Assembly (NCBI GenBank): GCA_039030515.1
Contig: JBCCEA010000053.1
Location: forward strand, 1-21,947
Direction: 5' to 3'
DNA from: Myxococcota bacterium
GTDB lineage: Bacteria > Myxococcota_A > Polyangia > Polyangiales > Houyiibacteriaceae
DNA: 21,947 nucleotides
Position 1 is the stretch's first letter. The number at the start of each line of letters is the position of its first letter. Shown here one piece after another: positions 8,924 to 17,348 of the stretch. The translations under genes and the position numbers were made by a program. The notes below the pieces were generated by a model, which did no database searches, was not told where the DNA came from, and was given only the letters and a program-made list of their open reading frames with translations.

Positions 8924-11114
8924 ACTCATCCTCCCAATACTCCCCATCGAAAGGCCAGTACTCTTCGTCATCTCGAAGCAGACCCTGAGTGCTCCGGGGG
9001 TCGAACAGTTCCGGGGGGAATCGACCCGCCGCCAAACTCTCGATTTGGTGTTCAATCCTCCTCTTGCTGCCCATCACCGCATCGATCTGGCCCAGCTCTG
9101 CTTGGCGTATGCCAGCACCGATCCGGTCCTGAAATTGGATCAGCGCTTCGACGGAGCGTCGAGCTGCTTCGCGGATCAGCTGGTTTCGCAAAGCGGAAGC
9201 TCGAGCCTCCAGCAAATGCATTAAGCGCAGCTCCTGGCTGAGTACTGCATCGCGTTCTGCGGGCGGCGACGTCGCTTCGATCATCCATCGGGCAGGCGCA
9301 GAGTCTGAGATCGCGGTTGGATCTGACGTGCCTCCAAAAGCGGCAGATCGTAGTTCACGCGCGCGATCTTCGAGCTCGCCTAGGGTCTTTTCGATAGGGT
9401 GGATCTCCGCGAGCTCCACGGACTGCTGCCGAAGTGCTGCGAGCTGAAGGTAGAAGGTATGAATCAAGCCCTCTGCCTCGCGCAGTTCAGCGCCCAAACG
9501 CACCCGCTCGGCCGCTTGCTCTACAGCCACAGCGTCTGGCTGAGGCGCACCTCCATCGGCGCCGGTTCGCAGCAAATCGAGGATCTGCCGGTGTGCAGGC
9601 GCAGCCCTTTCCAACTCACCGCCAAGCGCACGAAGAACCACGCTTGCTTGCCGGAGCCCGGGGTCGATTTGAAAGAGGACGGCGAGCAGGGCCTTGGAGC
9701 GGGTCACCTCCGCCGAAGAAGCATGCTCCGAACTGCTGCTCGATATCATGTGGGCGTGAAACCACCATCGATCCAACGCCTGGCGGCGTTCAGGATCTGC
9801 GAGCAGACGCTCGAGCCGACCGTCAACTGGCTGAAGTATCTGAATCAATCGCGCAAATTCCTGCCGTGCCTTCTCAAATTCACATCGAGCGAGGTGCACG
9901 TAACCCCGAAGCAACCCTGCCTCGTAGTCGAGGAGAAACTCAGGACCCAGGACCGGAAACTCGGAGCGCGCCGGAAGCCCCGAACCCGCCGGAAGCTCAG
10001 AGCGCGCCGGAGCAAGCCGAACCCGCAACTGGTCGAGCAGATCTATCGCGATATCAAAATCCTCTGCCTCGTACATCGCGTAGGCCGCTTCAAAAAGCGC
10101 TTCCGATACGCGTGCAGAATCGGCAGGAACCTGAAAGTAGTAGTTGAACGCGTCGTCCCCTCGGCGTCGCTCGTGCGCCACCCTGCCAAGACCGAGCAAG
10201 GCATCGTCTTCAAGTGAAGAAAGGCTGTCGTTTACGCTCGACGAGAGGTGGCGCCGATCTGCATTCGCGGCAACCGAGCAAAAAAGCGCCTCTGCCCGAT
10301 CGTATTCGCCGTCTTGAGCCGCGATCGCTCCACGCAGGTACTGAGCGTTTGAGAAGAATCGGCTTTGCGCAGTGATCTGACCCAGATGCTGTTCGGCCGA
10401 GCCGCTATTGCCGCGGTCGAGTTCAAGGCGCCCCTGCAGGTAGCGAAGCTCGTTTGCGCCGTCCTCGGGCAGCTCTTGAGAAAATTGATCTTGCTCCAGA
10501 AGCGCAGATGGTTCCTGCAAGAAACCGAGCTGTTCGATCGATCGCCTAAGTTCGCCCGACTGAAGTGCAACGTCCGTGTAGAGGCGCATGGCAGGCCCAA
10601 ACTGATCCTCGCTTGGATCCCGACGCAGAATTCGAAGCAAGTAGTGTTGCGCCATGCGATGGGCGCCTAACTCAAGAAGCGCTCGCGAGAGAAGAAACTC
10701 GGCAGCTCTGAAGGCATCGAGCGCGTGAAAACGCTGAAAGCGCGGGCTTTCGGCGACTTCAAAGAGCAGGGGCAGTGCTTCTGCAGGTTGACTGCGAGAA
10801 AAGGCTGCTTCTGCATCGGCCACCAAGTCCCTGAACTGCGCCGGGTCACTCGAATGTAAAGGAGGCCCCGCTTCATGAGGAGACGGTTCAGTTGAGTTAC
10901 GAAACGGTTCGGGTGAGGCCTGCGCGAACGTCAGAAGGGGAAGATTAACGGCGCACATCGCGGCGGCGACTGAGACGGCCACGTGGAGGGAACGAATACG
11001 CAGCGGCCGTGCATCGAAAAGATCCCGGCGACCAGACCGTGGGTCACACCAGCCAAGCGGACCAAGTACGAAAAACTTGGCGCCGCAAATAGTTCGGCGG
11101 GATATCCGTCTCAA
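8898..11114 (-). CDS. GltC/NfsC-like TPR and coiled-coil periplasmic protein
   Basis: Signal peptide (..LLTFAQA), TPRs, ALFEAAYA motif, and C-terminal DDEEYWPFDGEYWEDE matching the GltC-family end motif. Exact start uncertain. Confidence 0.82.
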   Translation of the reverse strand: MRRISRRTICGAKFFVLGPLGWCDPRSGRRDLFDARPLRIRSLHVAVSVAAAMCAVNLPLLTFAQASPEPFRNSTEPSPHEAGPPLHSSDPAQFRDLVADAEAAFSRSQPAEALPLLFEVAESPRFQRFHALDAFRAAEFLLSRALLELGAHRMAQHYLLRILRRDPSEDQFGPAMRLYTDVALQSGELRRSIEQLGFLQEPSALLEQDQFSQELPEDGANELRYLQGRLELDRGNSGSAEQHLGQITAQSRFFSNAQYLRGAIAAQDGEYDRAEALFCSVAANADRRHLSSSVNDSLSSLEDDALLGLGRVAHERRRGDDAFNYYFQVPADSARVSEALFEAAYAMYEAEDFDIAIDLLDQLRVRLAPARSELPAGSGLPARSEFPVLGPEFLLDYEAGLLRGYVHLARCEFEKARQEFARLIQILQPVDGRLERLLADPERRQALDRWWFHAHMISSSSSEHASSAEVTRSKALLAVLFQIDPGLRQASVVLRALGGELERAAPAHRQILDLLRTGADGGAPQPDAVAVEQAAERVRLGAELREAEGLIHTFYLQLAALRQQSVELAEIHPIEKTLGELEDRARELRSAAFGGTSDPTAISDSAPARWMIEATSPPAERDAVLSQELRLMHLLEARASALRNQLIREAARRSVEALIQFQDRIGAGIRQAELGQIDAVMGSKRRIEHQIESLAAGRFPPELFDPRSTQGLLRDDEEYWPFDGEYWEDEYEEHPPVP
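9955..10008. repeat. 3 x degenerate 18-bp in-frame repeat in the gltC-like gene
   Basis: GGAAACTCGGAGCGCGCC / GGAAGCCCCGAACCCGCC / GGAAGCTCAGAGCGCGCC; encodes PARSEL-PAGSGL-PARSEF. Confidence 0.75.
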
Positions 11115-11872
11115 GGCTGGCCCAATTCACGTTGGGTCACGCGAACTCGCGTATGTACGCTATGCGCACCCGGGTCGTCGTCTTCAGAATCTCTATCGCT
11201 CGAGGCGCGGTCTTTTAGGATGAGGCGTACTTCGGTTAGAAAACCGGGCGCGACCGAGACCTGAAACGTGTCCCGGAGGATGTGGGGCTGGTCGTGATCG
11301 GTTCCGGCACGCAACTCGATGGTCAACTGATGGGGACCGGGAGCGGCAAAGCCTTCAAACAAAGGACCCGGGCGACTCATGATGCGGGCAACGGAAGATG
11401 CCACGCAGGGGCGGTTTGGACCGAGGGCGGTAGCGTCTTGATCACACTCGAGCGAGGCGCCGCGAAGCAGGGACTCACCATCCAGCCAAATATCGAAGGA
11501 GTCGAGCGATCGGATGTCCACGCGGTTGCGCACGGTTACCCGAATCTTCGCATCAAAGAGGTGACGGCTGAGGGCGTTGATTCGGGATCGGACCAGAATA
11601 ATGTCGTCCATCAGGGCGTTGAAGTCCGCTCGCATTTCGGTAAGCGGCTTGAAGGGTGCTGCCTCGTCCCCCTCGGGTGAGGAGCGCGCATCAGAATCAG
11701 CTGGATCTTGCTCTTGGGCCTGAGCTGGCATGCTCTCGATGAGGATCGGGACCGAGCACAGGGAGACCGCCGGGACTAAAGCGGAGGGCGTGCATATCAC
11801 AGTCCAGATCAAGAGATGCGCAGGGTGCACGCGTTGGCACGGGTTCAAGCGCTGGGCGTTGGGGAAGCACAT
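11111..11872 (-). CDS. Hypothetical exported protein (short coiled coil plus predicted beta-rich domain) within the Glt-like operon
   Basis: 253-aa ORF co-oriented with its neighbours; stop overlaps the next ORF. Hydrophobic leader ending AQA; heptad segment MRADFNALMDDIILVRSRINAL; motifs IWLDG and APGPHQLTIEL. Start uncertain. Confidence 0.7.
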   Translation of the reverse strand: MCFPNAQRLNPCQRVHPAHLLIWTVICTPSALVPAVSLCSVPILIESMPAQAQEQDPADSDARSSPEGDEAAPFKPLTEMRADFNALMDDIILVRSRINALSRHLFDAKIRVTVRNRVDIRSLDSFDIWLDGESLLRGASLECDQDATALGPNRPCVASSVARIMSRPGPLFEGFAAPGPHQLTIELRAGTDHDQPHILRDTFQVSVAPGFLTEVRLILKDRASSDRDSEDDDPGAHSVHTRVRVTQRELGQP

Positions 11873-11987
11873 ATCGAGTGGTCGAGAGGGTAGCGGTGGG
11901 GCAGTTCGGGAACAACATTCGGTTGGTAAGGCGATGCATCGTTCAGGCAGATTGGATGCTGCGCCGTGCGCTGACGGATTCGAACGG

Positions 11988-12659
11988 CTACCGGCTGAGG
12001 GGCATGAAGAGGGAGAGACCCAGGGTGGCGGTGACGTTGTTCACCAGGCGGGAGTCGCCCAGCAGCTCTTGTTTGAGCAGCTGATCTCGCACATCGAATC
12101 GAAAAGCGAACCAATTGCCGACGTAGAACTTCATCCCCAAGCCTCCGCTGAAGGTAGGACCGTCTGTCGTTTGATGGTCGGTGATGCCTCCCCCGAGTGC
12201 CAAATAGAGATCGAATCTTCCGATGCGTTTGCCAAACCAGCGCAGCTTTCCGTAGGCCAGCGACCAAAGCACGTGAGCCTGGTAGATGTATACCGGGCTG
12301 TCGTTCCTGAAGAGTCGAAAGCCCACCTCATCTTCGATGATGCGCACCACTTCGGAATCGGTTCGCGTCCAAGCAAAAGAGGCCTCAAATCCCAAGGCTT
12401 CGCTGAGGTGAAAGGTGTAGGCTCCCTGAACTAGGTAGTGCGAGGAGAGCAGGTCTGCGCTGTACACGCCGCCCATGACGCTCAACTCATGCCGTCGAGC
12501 TTTTTGGAAGAGCCTTTGCTGGACTCCGCGATATCGACGCCGAGCGTTGAGCTCATCACGAATTGCTTCGTCGATACACTGCCCTTGAGCAAACGCGATT
12601 GCCGAGTTGAAGCAGCAGCAGAGCAGCAGGCCGAAGGCGAAGACACCACGTGTCATCAC
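11988..12659 (-). CDS. Outer-membrane beta-barrel protein, GltA/GltB/NfsA-like
   Basis: Signal peptide ending AFA, VQQRLFQKARRHELS, AYGKL, FAFRFDVRD, amphipathic strands and terminal LGLSLFMP. Confidence 0.85.
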   Translation of the reverse strand: MMTRGVFAFGLLLCCCFNSAIAFAQGQCIDEAIRDELNARRRYRGVQQRLFQKARRHELSVMGGVYSADLLSSHYLVQGAYTFHLSEALGFEASFAWTRTDSEVVRIIEDEVGFRLFRNDSPVYIYQAHVLWSLAYGKLRWFGKRIGRFDLYLALGGGITDHQTTDGPTFSGGLGMKFYVGNWFAFRFDVRDQLLKQELLGDSRLVNNVTATLGLSLFMPLSR

Positions 12660-12820
12660 GAGGGTGATACAGGGGTCACCGCTCAGAAGTCAAAATGGAA
12701 GAGTAGAACGGTAGGCTCCATCGCTCAGTTTGCGCGGAGCCCAGCGCTCGTTCTGTACAGCGGCTCAGCTGCTTTATGGCGAGCCGTCTGCTGCTCTAAG
12801 TGTTTCGAAGACTACGGAGA

Positions 12821-13675
12821 TCAGCTTCCAGAGCCCAGCCATATGATCAGCCGTCGCCTCATCGCGCCAAACCACCGCATCCAAGGAGATCGCGACTCGC
12901 AAGCATGAGCCAGTTCAGTGCTCGGTTCTTCTTCCGTTGCCTGCATCGATCTCGGAGCCACGAACGCGGGCTCTTCAGGAGTCGGCGAGGGTTGTTCAGC
13001 GCTTTGTTCGGAGCTGGGCTCTTGAACACCAGCGGAGTGCTGAGGATTCCGCTTCAGTGCAGCAACTCGCAATATCGCAGCTCGCGAGGGCGCACCCGGG
13101 ACGTGCTCGTTCATGGGCACTTCGGCATCACACAAGTCCTCGGGCTTCTCACTGTCTTCGAGTTCACGCTTCAGTTTCGGTGCGATCTCTCCAAGGTCTA
13201 TGGGGGAATCAACAGTGACGCTCGCTTCAATGGTTTCACGAAGGTTGTTGCTGAAATCACCGAAGAGCGTGTCGAGGGTGTGTTCGATCGCGTGACGTCC
13301 AAGATTGACGATTGGCCCAGAAAGCTTTAGCGAAATGTGAAACTCAATGGTGGAGCGATCGAGTTCCTGCGGGGCGATCTCGATGACGACGCCTACGTCC
13401 GCAGAGCCTTTGCCCGCCCGCTCCCGAGCTTGCGCCGCCAGCTGCAGGGTGTGCGTCGAAGGATGTCTACTACGCACCTCGACGATGCCCCGATAGGCCA
13501 GGCTGAGCGGTCCCACCTTCGTACGGAAATCGCAATTGAAGGTATCTGCGTCGACAACCTGACTGAGCGTCGCACCGGGCAGACAGTGGATCACTCGCGC
13601 AGGTTGACTGAGATAGGACCAGACTCGGTCGCATGGAGTTTCGACCTCAACGCGATTCTGAAATTCGATCGTCAT
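12821..13675 (-). CDS. SRPBCC/CoxG-family protein with an acidic/proline-rich tail
   Basis: VWSYLSQPARVIHCLPGATL, KVGPLSLAYRG and A(R)ERAGKGSA match CoxG-type START folds. Low-complexity linker and basic-aromatic C-terminal helix. Confidence 0.85.
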   Translation of the reverse strand: MTIEFQNRVEVETPCDRVWSYLSQPARVIHCLPGATLSQVVDADTFNCDFRTKVGPLSLAYRGIVEVRSRHPSTHTLQLAAQARERAGKGSADVGVVIEIAPQELDRSTIEFHISLKLSGPIVNLGRHAIEHTLDTLFGDFSNNLRETIEASVTVDSPIDLGEIAPKLKRELEDSEKPEDLCDAEVPMNEHVPGAPSRAAILRVAALKRNPQHSAGVQEPSSEQSAEQPSPTPEEPAFVAPRSMQATEEEPSTELAHACESRSPWMRWFGAMRRRLIIWLGSGS

Positions 13676-13836
13676 CGACGCGTTTGCCTATTGTGTTGTG
13701 TACCCATGCTGCGCTTCCATGGCCCACCCTCGAACCGCTAAACCGTGCCCCCTGAGGGCTAAACCGTATCAGAACTCTTCAAAACATCATCGGTCAAGTC
13801 GGAACACAAAAGCCGCCTACCACACGGACCTGCCAT

Positions 13837-13893
13837 CCACAGCAAACAAAAGAACCCACAGCAAACAAAAGAACCCACAGCGAACAAAAGAAC
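13837..13893. repeat. 3 x 19-bp tandem repeat
   Basis: CCACAGC(A/G)AACAAAAGAAC at 13837, 13856 and 13875. Confidence 0.92.
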
Positions 13894-13935
13894 AGAACTG
13901 CGGGAGAATACTGCAACCAGGTGGTGAGCCGCATC

Positions 13936-13967
13936 GTGGACTTCAAGTCTAGTGGACTTCAAGTCTA
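13936..13967. repeat. 2 x 16-bp tandem repeat, each copy with an 11-bp palindrome
   Basis: GTGGACTTCAAGTCTA twice; core GACTT-C-AAGTC. Confidence 0.9.
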
Positions 13968-14116
13968 GGAGGGCACTCGGCTCGACCGCGAACCTCCCGT
14001 GAGATGTGGAGTCGGTGCAGTGGATGCATCGAACATGCAAGGCACCGAACATTTAGACTCGGAGGATTCAGAGGAGGAAACGAAAACGCTGCATTCTACC
14101 GCGTCGGTTCTTTTGA

Positions 14117-14283
14117 GTGGCTGCGTTCATTTGCGTGGTGACTGACTTGAATGACTGCGTTCATTTGTGTGGCTACATCCATTTGCATGATTACCGCATG
14201 ATTCTGAGTGACTGCGTTCATTTGCGTGGCTACATCCATTTGCATGATTACCGCATGATTCTGGGTGGCTGCGTTCATTTGCG
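14117..14283. repeat. 57-bp tandem repeat (about 2.3 copies plus an upstream partial) built from ~18-21-bp subunits
   Basis: G(A/G)CTGCGTTCATTTG recurs at 14153, 14210 and 14267 (period 57) and near 14119. Confidence 0.9.
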
Positions 14284-14330
14284 GCCGGTCTGAGTGCTCA
14301 ATTGATCTGATTCGCGCCTACGACCCGCGC

Positions 14331-16247
14331 CTACACCAGCGACTTTCTCAACTCAAGTTCCTCCCAGCGCGCCGTCAACTGCTCCACCTCCTCTTTCGCT
14401 CGTTCGAGCTCTTCAACGACCGAAGCCACTTCACCTCCATTTGCATAGAGCGCTGGATCCGCGAGCCGAGCCTCGAGCAGCCGAACCTTTTCTTCAGCTT
14501 CATCGACGCGTTCCAAAAGGCCCTCCAGTTCCCGCTCCTCCTTCCAAGAAAGCTTCTTTTGCAGCGTACGCTCTGGCTTCCGACTTCTCACCGTGCTTTT
14601 CTCAGAATCTCGGACGCGGGTTTTTTTCTTGCTGCGCTCCTGATCGGCCTGCCGCGCCTTCCAATCGCTGTAGGTGCCTACCTGCGAGGTCAATCGACCG
14701 TCTCCCTCGAACACCCAGATTCCGGTCGCGATCCGATCCAAAAAGTATCTGTCGTGCGTTACGACCAGTGCGGTGCCCTGCATTTCGAGGAGCAGTTCCT
14801 CCACTGCTCCAAGGGTAGCGACGTCCAGATCGTTTGTAGGCTCGTCGAGTACGATCACGTTCGCCTCTTCAAGAAGCATCTTCGCAAGAGCGACCCGAGC
14901 ACGCTCACCCCCCGAAAGCGAGCCCACCTTTTGCGCAATCTGGTCGCCGCGAAATAGAAAGCGCTCCAGGTAGGAGTGGATCTCAACGCTTCGTGTTCCC
15001 ACCAGAACATAGCCATCGTCTTCCGCTACGTTTTGGCTGATCGAGCGATCCAGATCGAGACCACTTCGCTGCTGATCAAGATACGCAAAGCGAGTGTTCT
15101 TACCGACACGAACCTTGCCGGAATGAACGGCCCTCTTGCCGAGCAGGGTATTGAGAAGGGTGGTCTTACCGCAGCCGTTTGGGCCTACAATGCCGATTCT
15201 CTCGCCTTTTTGCATCGAGTAAGAGAAGCCCTCAACCAGAGTACCACCTTCGATTTCGACGCCGAGTTCCTCGAGATCGAGCACGGTCTTCCCAAGACGA
15301 GGAGACTCGACCACCAAAGACTGCATCTGCTGCCTTTGCGGATTCAAATTACGTTGTTGCGCAGACTCTGCACGTTTAGTACGCGCTTTTTGTTTTCCGG
15401 TGCGCGCTTTCGGTTGACGCCGTAGCCATTCGAGTTCTCGGCGCAAAAAATTTTGGCGGTTGGCCTCCATTCGCGCCTCTTGGGAGAGGCGTTCGGCCTT
15501 TGCGCTCAGGTACTCTTCCCAGCCTCCGACAAAGCTTTGTATTGCACCGCGATCGATCTCCAGCGTGCGCCCCACGACTCGATCGAGGAGGTAGCGGTCA
15601 TGGGTCACGAGCAACAGAGCGCCTCGGAACTCCTCGACCAGGTAGCGCTCAAGCCATTCGATGGACTCCATGTCCAAATGGTTTGTGGGCTCATCGAGGA
15701 CGATCAGTTCAGGGTCACCGACCAAGGCCTGGGCTAGGGCAACCCGGCGTCGTTCCCCTCCGCTCATCTCACCGACCTGTGCATCTGCCCGATGGGACAA
15801 GCGCAGACTGGAAAGGAACGCATCCACCCGAGCTCCGAGGTCCCATCCGCCCAGTCGATCGATTTCAGCGGCTGCTTCTTGCTGCAGTTCGAGAAGCTGC
15901 TCGAACGATTCTGGCTCATGGACAAGCTGCGCGCTCAACGCCTCATGCCTCTGTTTGGCCTTCGCCCAGGCTCCGAGACCGGTTTCTACCGTATGGCGTA
16001 CCGTGGCTGCTTTTGGGAATTTGGGATCTTGATCGAGGTAGACGATACGAGAGCCTCGTCTGACCGGGACCTTGCCCATATCGGGCATATCGACTCCCGC
16101 AACGATCCGGGCGAGGCTGCTCTTGCCAGAGCCGTTGATGCCTACGAGCCCCACTCGCTCTCGCAGGTCGATGGCAAAGGAGATCTCGTCGAGCAGGATT
16201 CGCTCGCCGAACGACTTAGAAACCGATTCAACCGTGAGCACCGGCAT
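14331..16247 (-). CDS. uup: ABC-F family ATPase, Uup-like
   Basis: Two ABC domains (GINGSGKS/MSGGE/LDEPTNHLD and GPNGCGKT/LSGGE/LDEPTNDLD), linker ELEWLRRQPKARTGKQKAR, C-terminal KKLSWKEERELE coiled coil, no TM. ATG 16247 (MPVLTVES) preferred. Confidence 0.9.
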   Translation of the reverse strand: MPVLTVESVSKSFGERILLDEISFAIDLRERVGLVGINGSGKSSLARIVAGVDMPDMGKVPVRRGSRIVYLDQDPKFPKAATVRHTVETGLGAWAKAKQRHEALSAQLVHEPESFEQLLELQQEAAAEIDRLGGWDLGARVDAFLSSLRLSHRADAQVGEMSGGERRRVALAQALVGDPELIVLDEPTNHLDMESIEWLERYLVEEFRGALLLVTHDRYLLDRVVGRTLEIDRGAIQSFVGGWEEYLSAKAERLSQEARMEANRQNFLRRELEWLRRQPKARTGKQKARTKRAESAQQRNLNPQRQQMQSLVVESPRLGKTVLDLEELGVEIEGGTLVEGFSYSMQKGERIGIVGPNGCGKTTLLNTLLGKRAVHSGKVRVGKNTRFAYLDQQRSGLDLDRSISQNVAEDDGYVLVGTRSVEIHSYLERFLFRGDQIAQKVGSLSGGERARVALAKMLLEEANVIVLDEPTNDLDVATLGAVEELLLEMQGTALVVTHDRYFLDRIATGIWVFEGDGRLTSQVGTYSDWKARQADQERSKKKTRVRDSEKSTVRSRKPERTLQKKLSWKEERELEGLLERVDEAEEKVRLLEARLADPALYANGGEVASVVEELERAKEEVEQLTARWEELELRKSLV

Positions 16248-16348
16248 AGCCGAAAGCCTGCATCGCTCACGTGCCCCGGGCCAGCCGATCAGGCCCACGC
16301 TCCCGTTAGGACGTGAAGGCTCTGAAGCACGCTTGAGCGCTTGAGCTA

Positions 16349-17242
16349 CTAGGAACCTCCCGGCCTCCCGAGGAGTTCGTCGGCACCTTGGGATAAGAGC
16401 AATTCGAGCAGGGGATGTCCAAAACGCCGCTCCACAGTGATGGCGTAAAAATTCTCGTAGAGCCCAGGCACTACCCAGTACTCCCGCAACAAGCCCGACT
16501 CGAGCTCATCGCGAACGACAACCGAGGGCAGCAAAGCCAACGCTCCCGAATCTCTCGCGAGTAGGCGCATCATGGCCATATCGTCGACCTCGGCAAGAAC
16601 CGGAGCCTGTACTTTGAGCTGCTTGCAAAGCGTGTCGAAAGCCGATCGGATCTCACTATCCGGACTTGGGAGCAAGAGCGGGACCTTCGCAAGCTCCTCG
16701 GGAAACTTCAGCGGGCGACCCGGACGACCCACCAAGCTGACCTGCTGTTGGGCCATGCGCCGGCAACGATACGGATGTCCCTCTATGCGCTCCACCGGCC
16801 GATTGGAAAGCACCAGGTCGATTTGAAGGTGACTCAGCTCCTGGAGCAGAGTCGTCAGCAATCCTGATTGAATTCGTAGCCGCATCCGCTCTGAATCTAA
16901 AAGTGGCGCGAGGAATGAATTTTGGAAATTGCGTGAGAGCGTGGCTACTGCGCCTACTCGGAGGATCGAGGTCTGACTTCGGCCTTGGGTGAGCGTCGCC
17001 ACAAGTTCGTCAGAGGCAGCGAAGATTTCGTCTGCGTAGGAGAGCGCAATACGACCCGCCTCGGTCAGAACCAGGCTCCGTCCTTGACGCGAAAAGAGAC
17101 GCTCATCCAGCTGCTCCTCGAGGGTGCGGATCTGAGTGGACAATGCAGACTGACTCACCGCAAATCGCTTGGCAGTTCGCGTCAGGTTTCCTTCGTGAGC
17201 CACCGCCCAGAAGTATCTTAAATGATGCAGATTCAGGTGCAT
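16349..17242 (-). CDS. LysR-family transcriptional regulator (NhaR-like), divergent from dabBA
   Basis: HTH LNLHHLRYFWAVAHEGNLTRTA..VSQSALSTQIRTLEE, LTEAG and AEVDDMAMMRLLAR. ATG 17242 preferred over TTG 17254. Confidence 0.92.
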   Translation of the reverse strand: MHLNLHHLRYFWAVAHEGNLTRTAKRFAVSQSALSTQIRTLEEQLDERLFSRQGRSLVLTEAGRIALSYADEIFAASDELVATLTQGRSQTSILRVGAVATLSRNFQNSFLAPLLDSERMRLRIQSGLLTTLLQELSHLQIDLVLSNRPVERIEGHPYRCRRMAQQQVSLVGRPGRPLKFPEELAKVPLLLPSPDSEIRSAFDTLCKQLKVQAPVLAEVDDMAMMRLLARDSGALALLPSVVVRDELESGLLREYWVVPGLYENFYAITVERRFGHPLLELLLSQGADELLGRPGGS

Positions 17243-17274
17243 GAGGGTACTCAAGCGGCTTCTGACGCCTTTGC

Positions 17275-17310
17275 TTCTGTTAATGTGAACAATATGGTCG
17301 TTTTTATGAA
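17275..17310. promoter_or_regulatory. Candidate LysR binding sites (T-N11-A) in an AT-rich divergent promoter region
   Basis: TTC-N9-GAA at 17275-17289 and a second T-N11-A at 17298-17310, between the LysR gene and dabB. Confidence 0.5.
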
Positions 17311-17348
17311 ATTATCAGGAACATTTTCGCATCCTATAACGTCTGTCT

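Noticed and set aside
8924..9055. N-terminal extension of ORF 7385..9055
   Set aside because: Overlaps the conserved GltC-like C-terminus. ATG 8923 has a GGGAGG RBS and is followed by a signal-like sequence.
2869..12434. Long plus-strand ORFs (e.g. 2892..3644, 9399..10217, 11730..12434)
   Set aside because: Antisense shadows of well-supported minus-strand genes in GC-rich DNA; no recognisable motifs.
12821..13675. Evidence for aerobic CO oxidation coupled to DAB-fed autotrophy
   Set aside because: A CoxG-like gene alone is not diagnostic, and there are no coxL/M/S or carbon-fixation genes in the window.
14009..14048. Resemblance to the Cas9 tracrRNA 3' hairpin (GGCACCGAGTCGGTGC)
   Set aside because: The arms are in the opposite order and separated; no anti-repeat or cas9. 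Judged coincidental.
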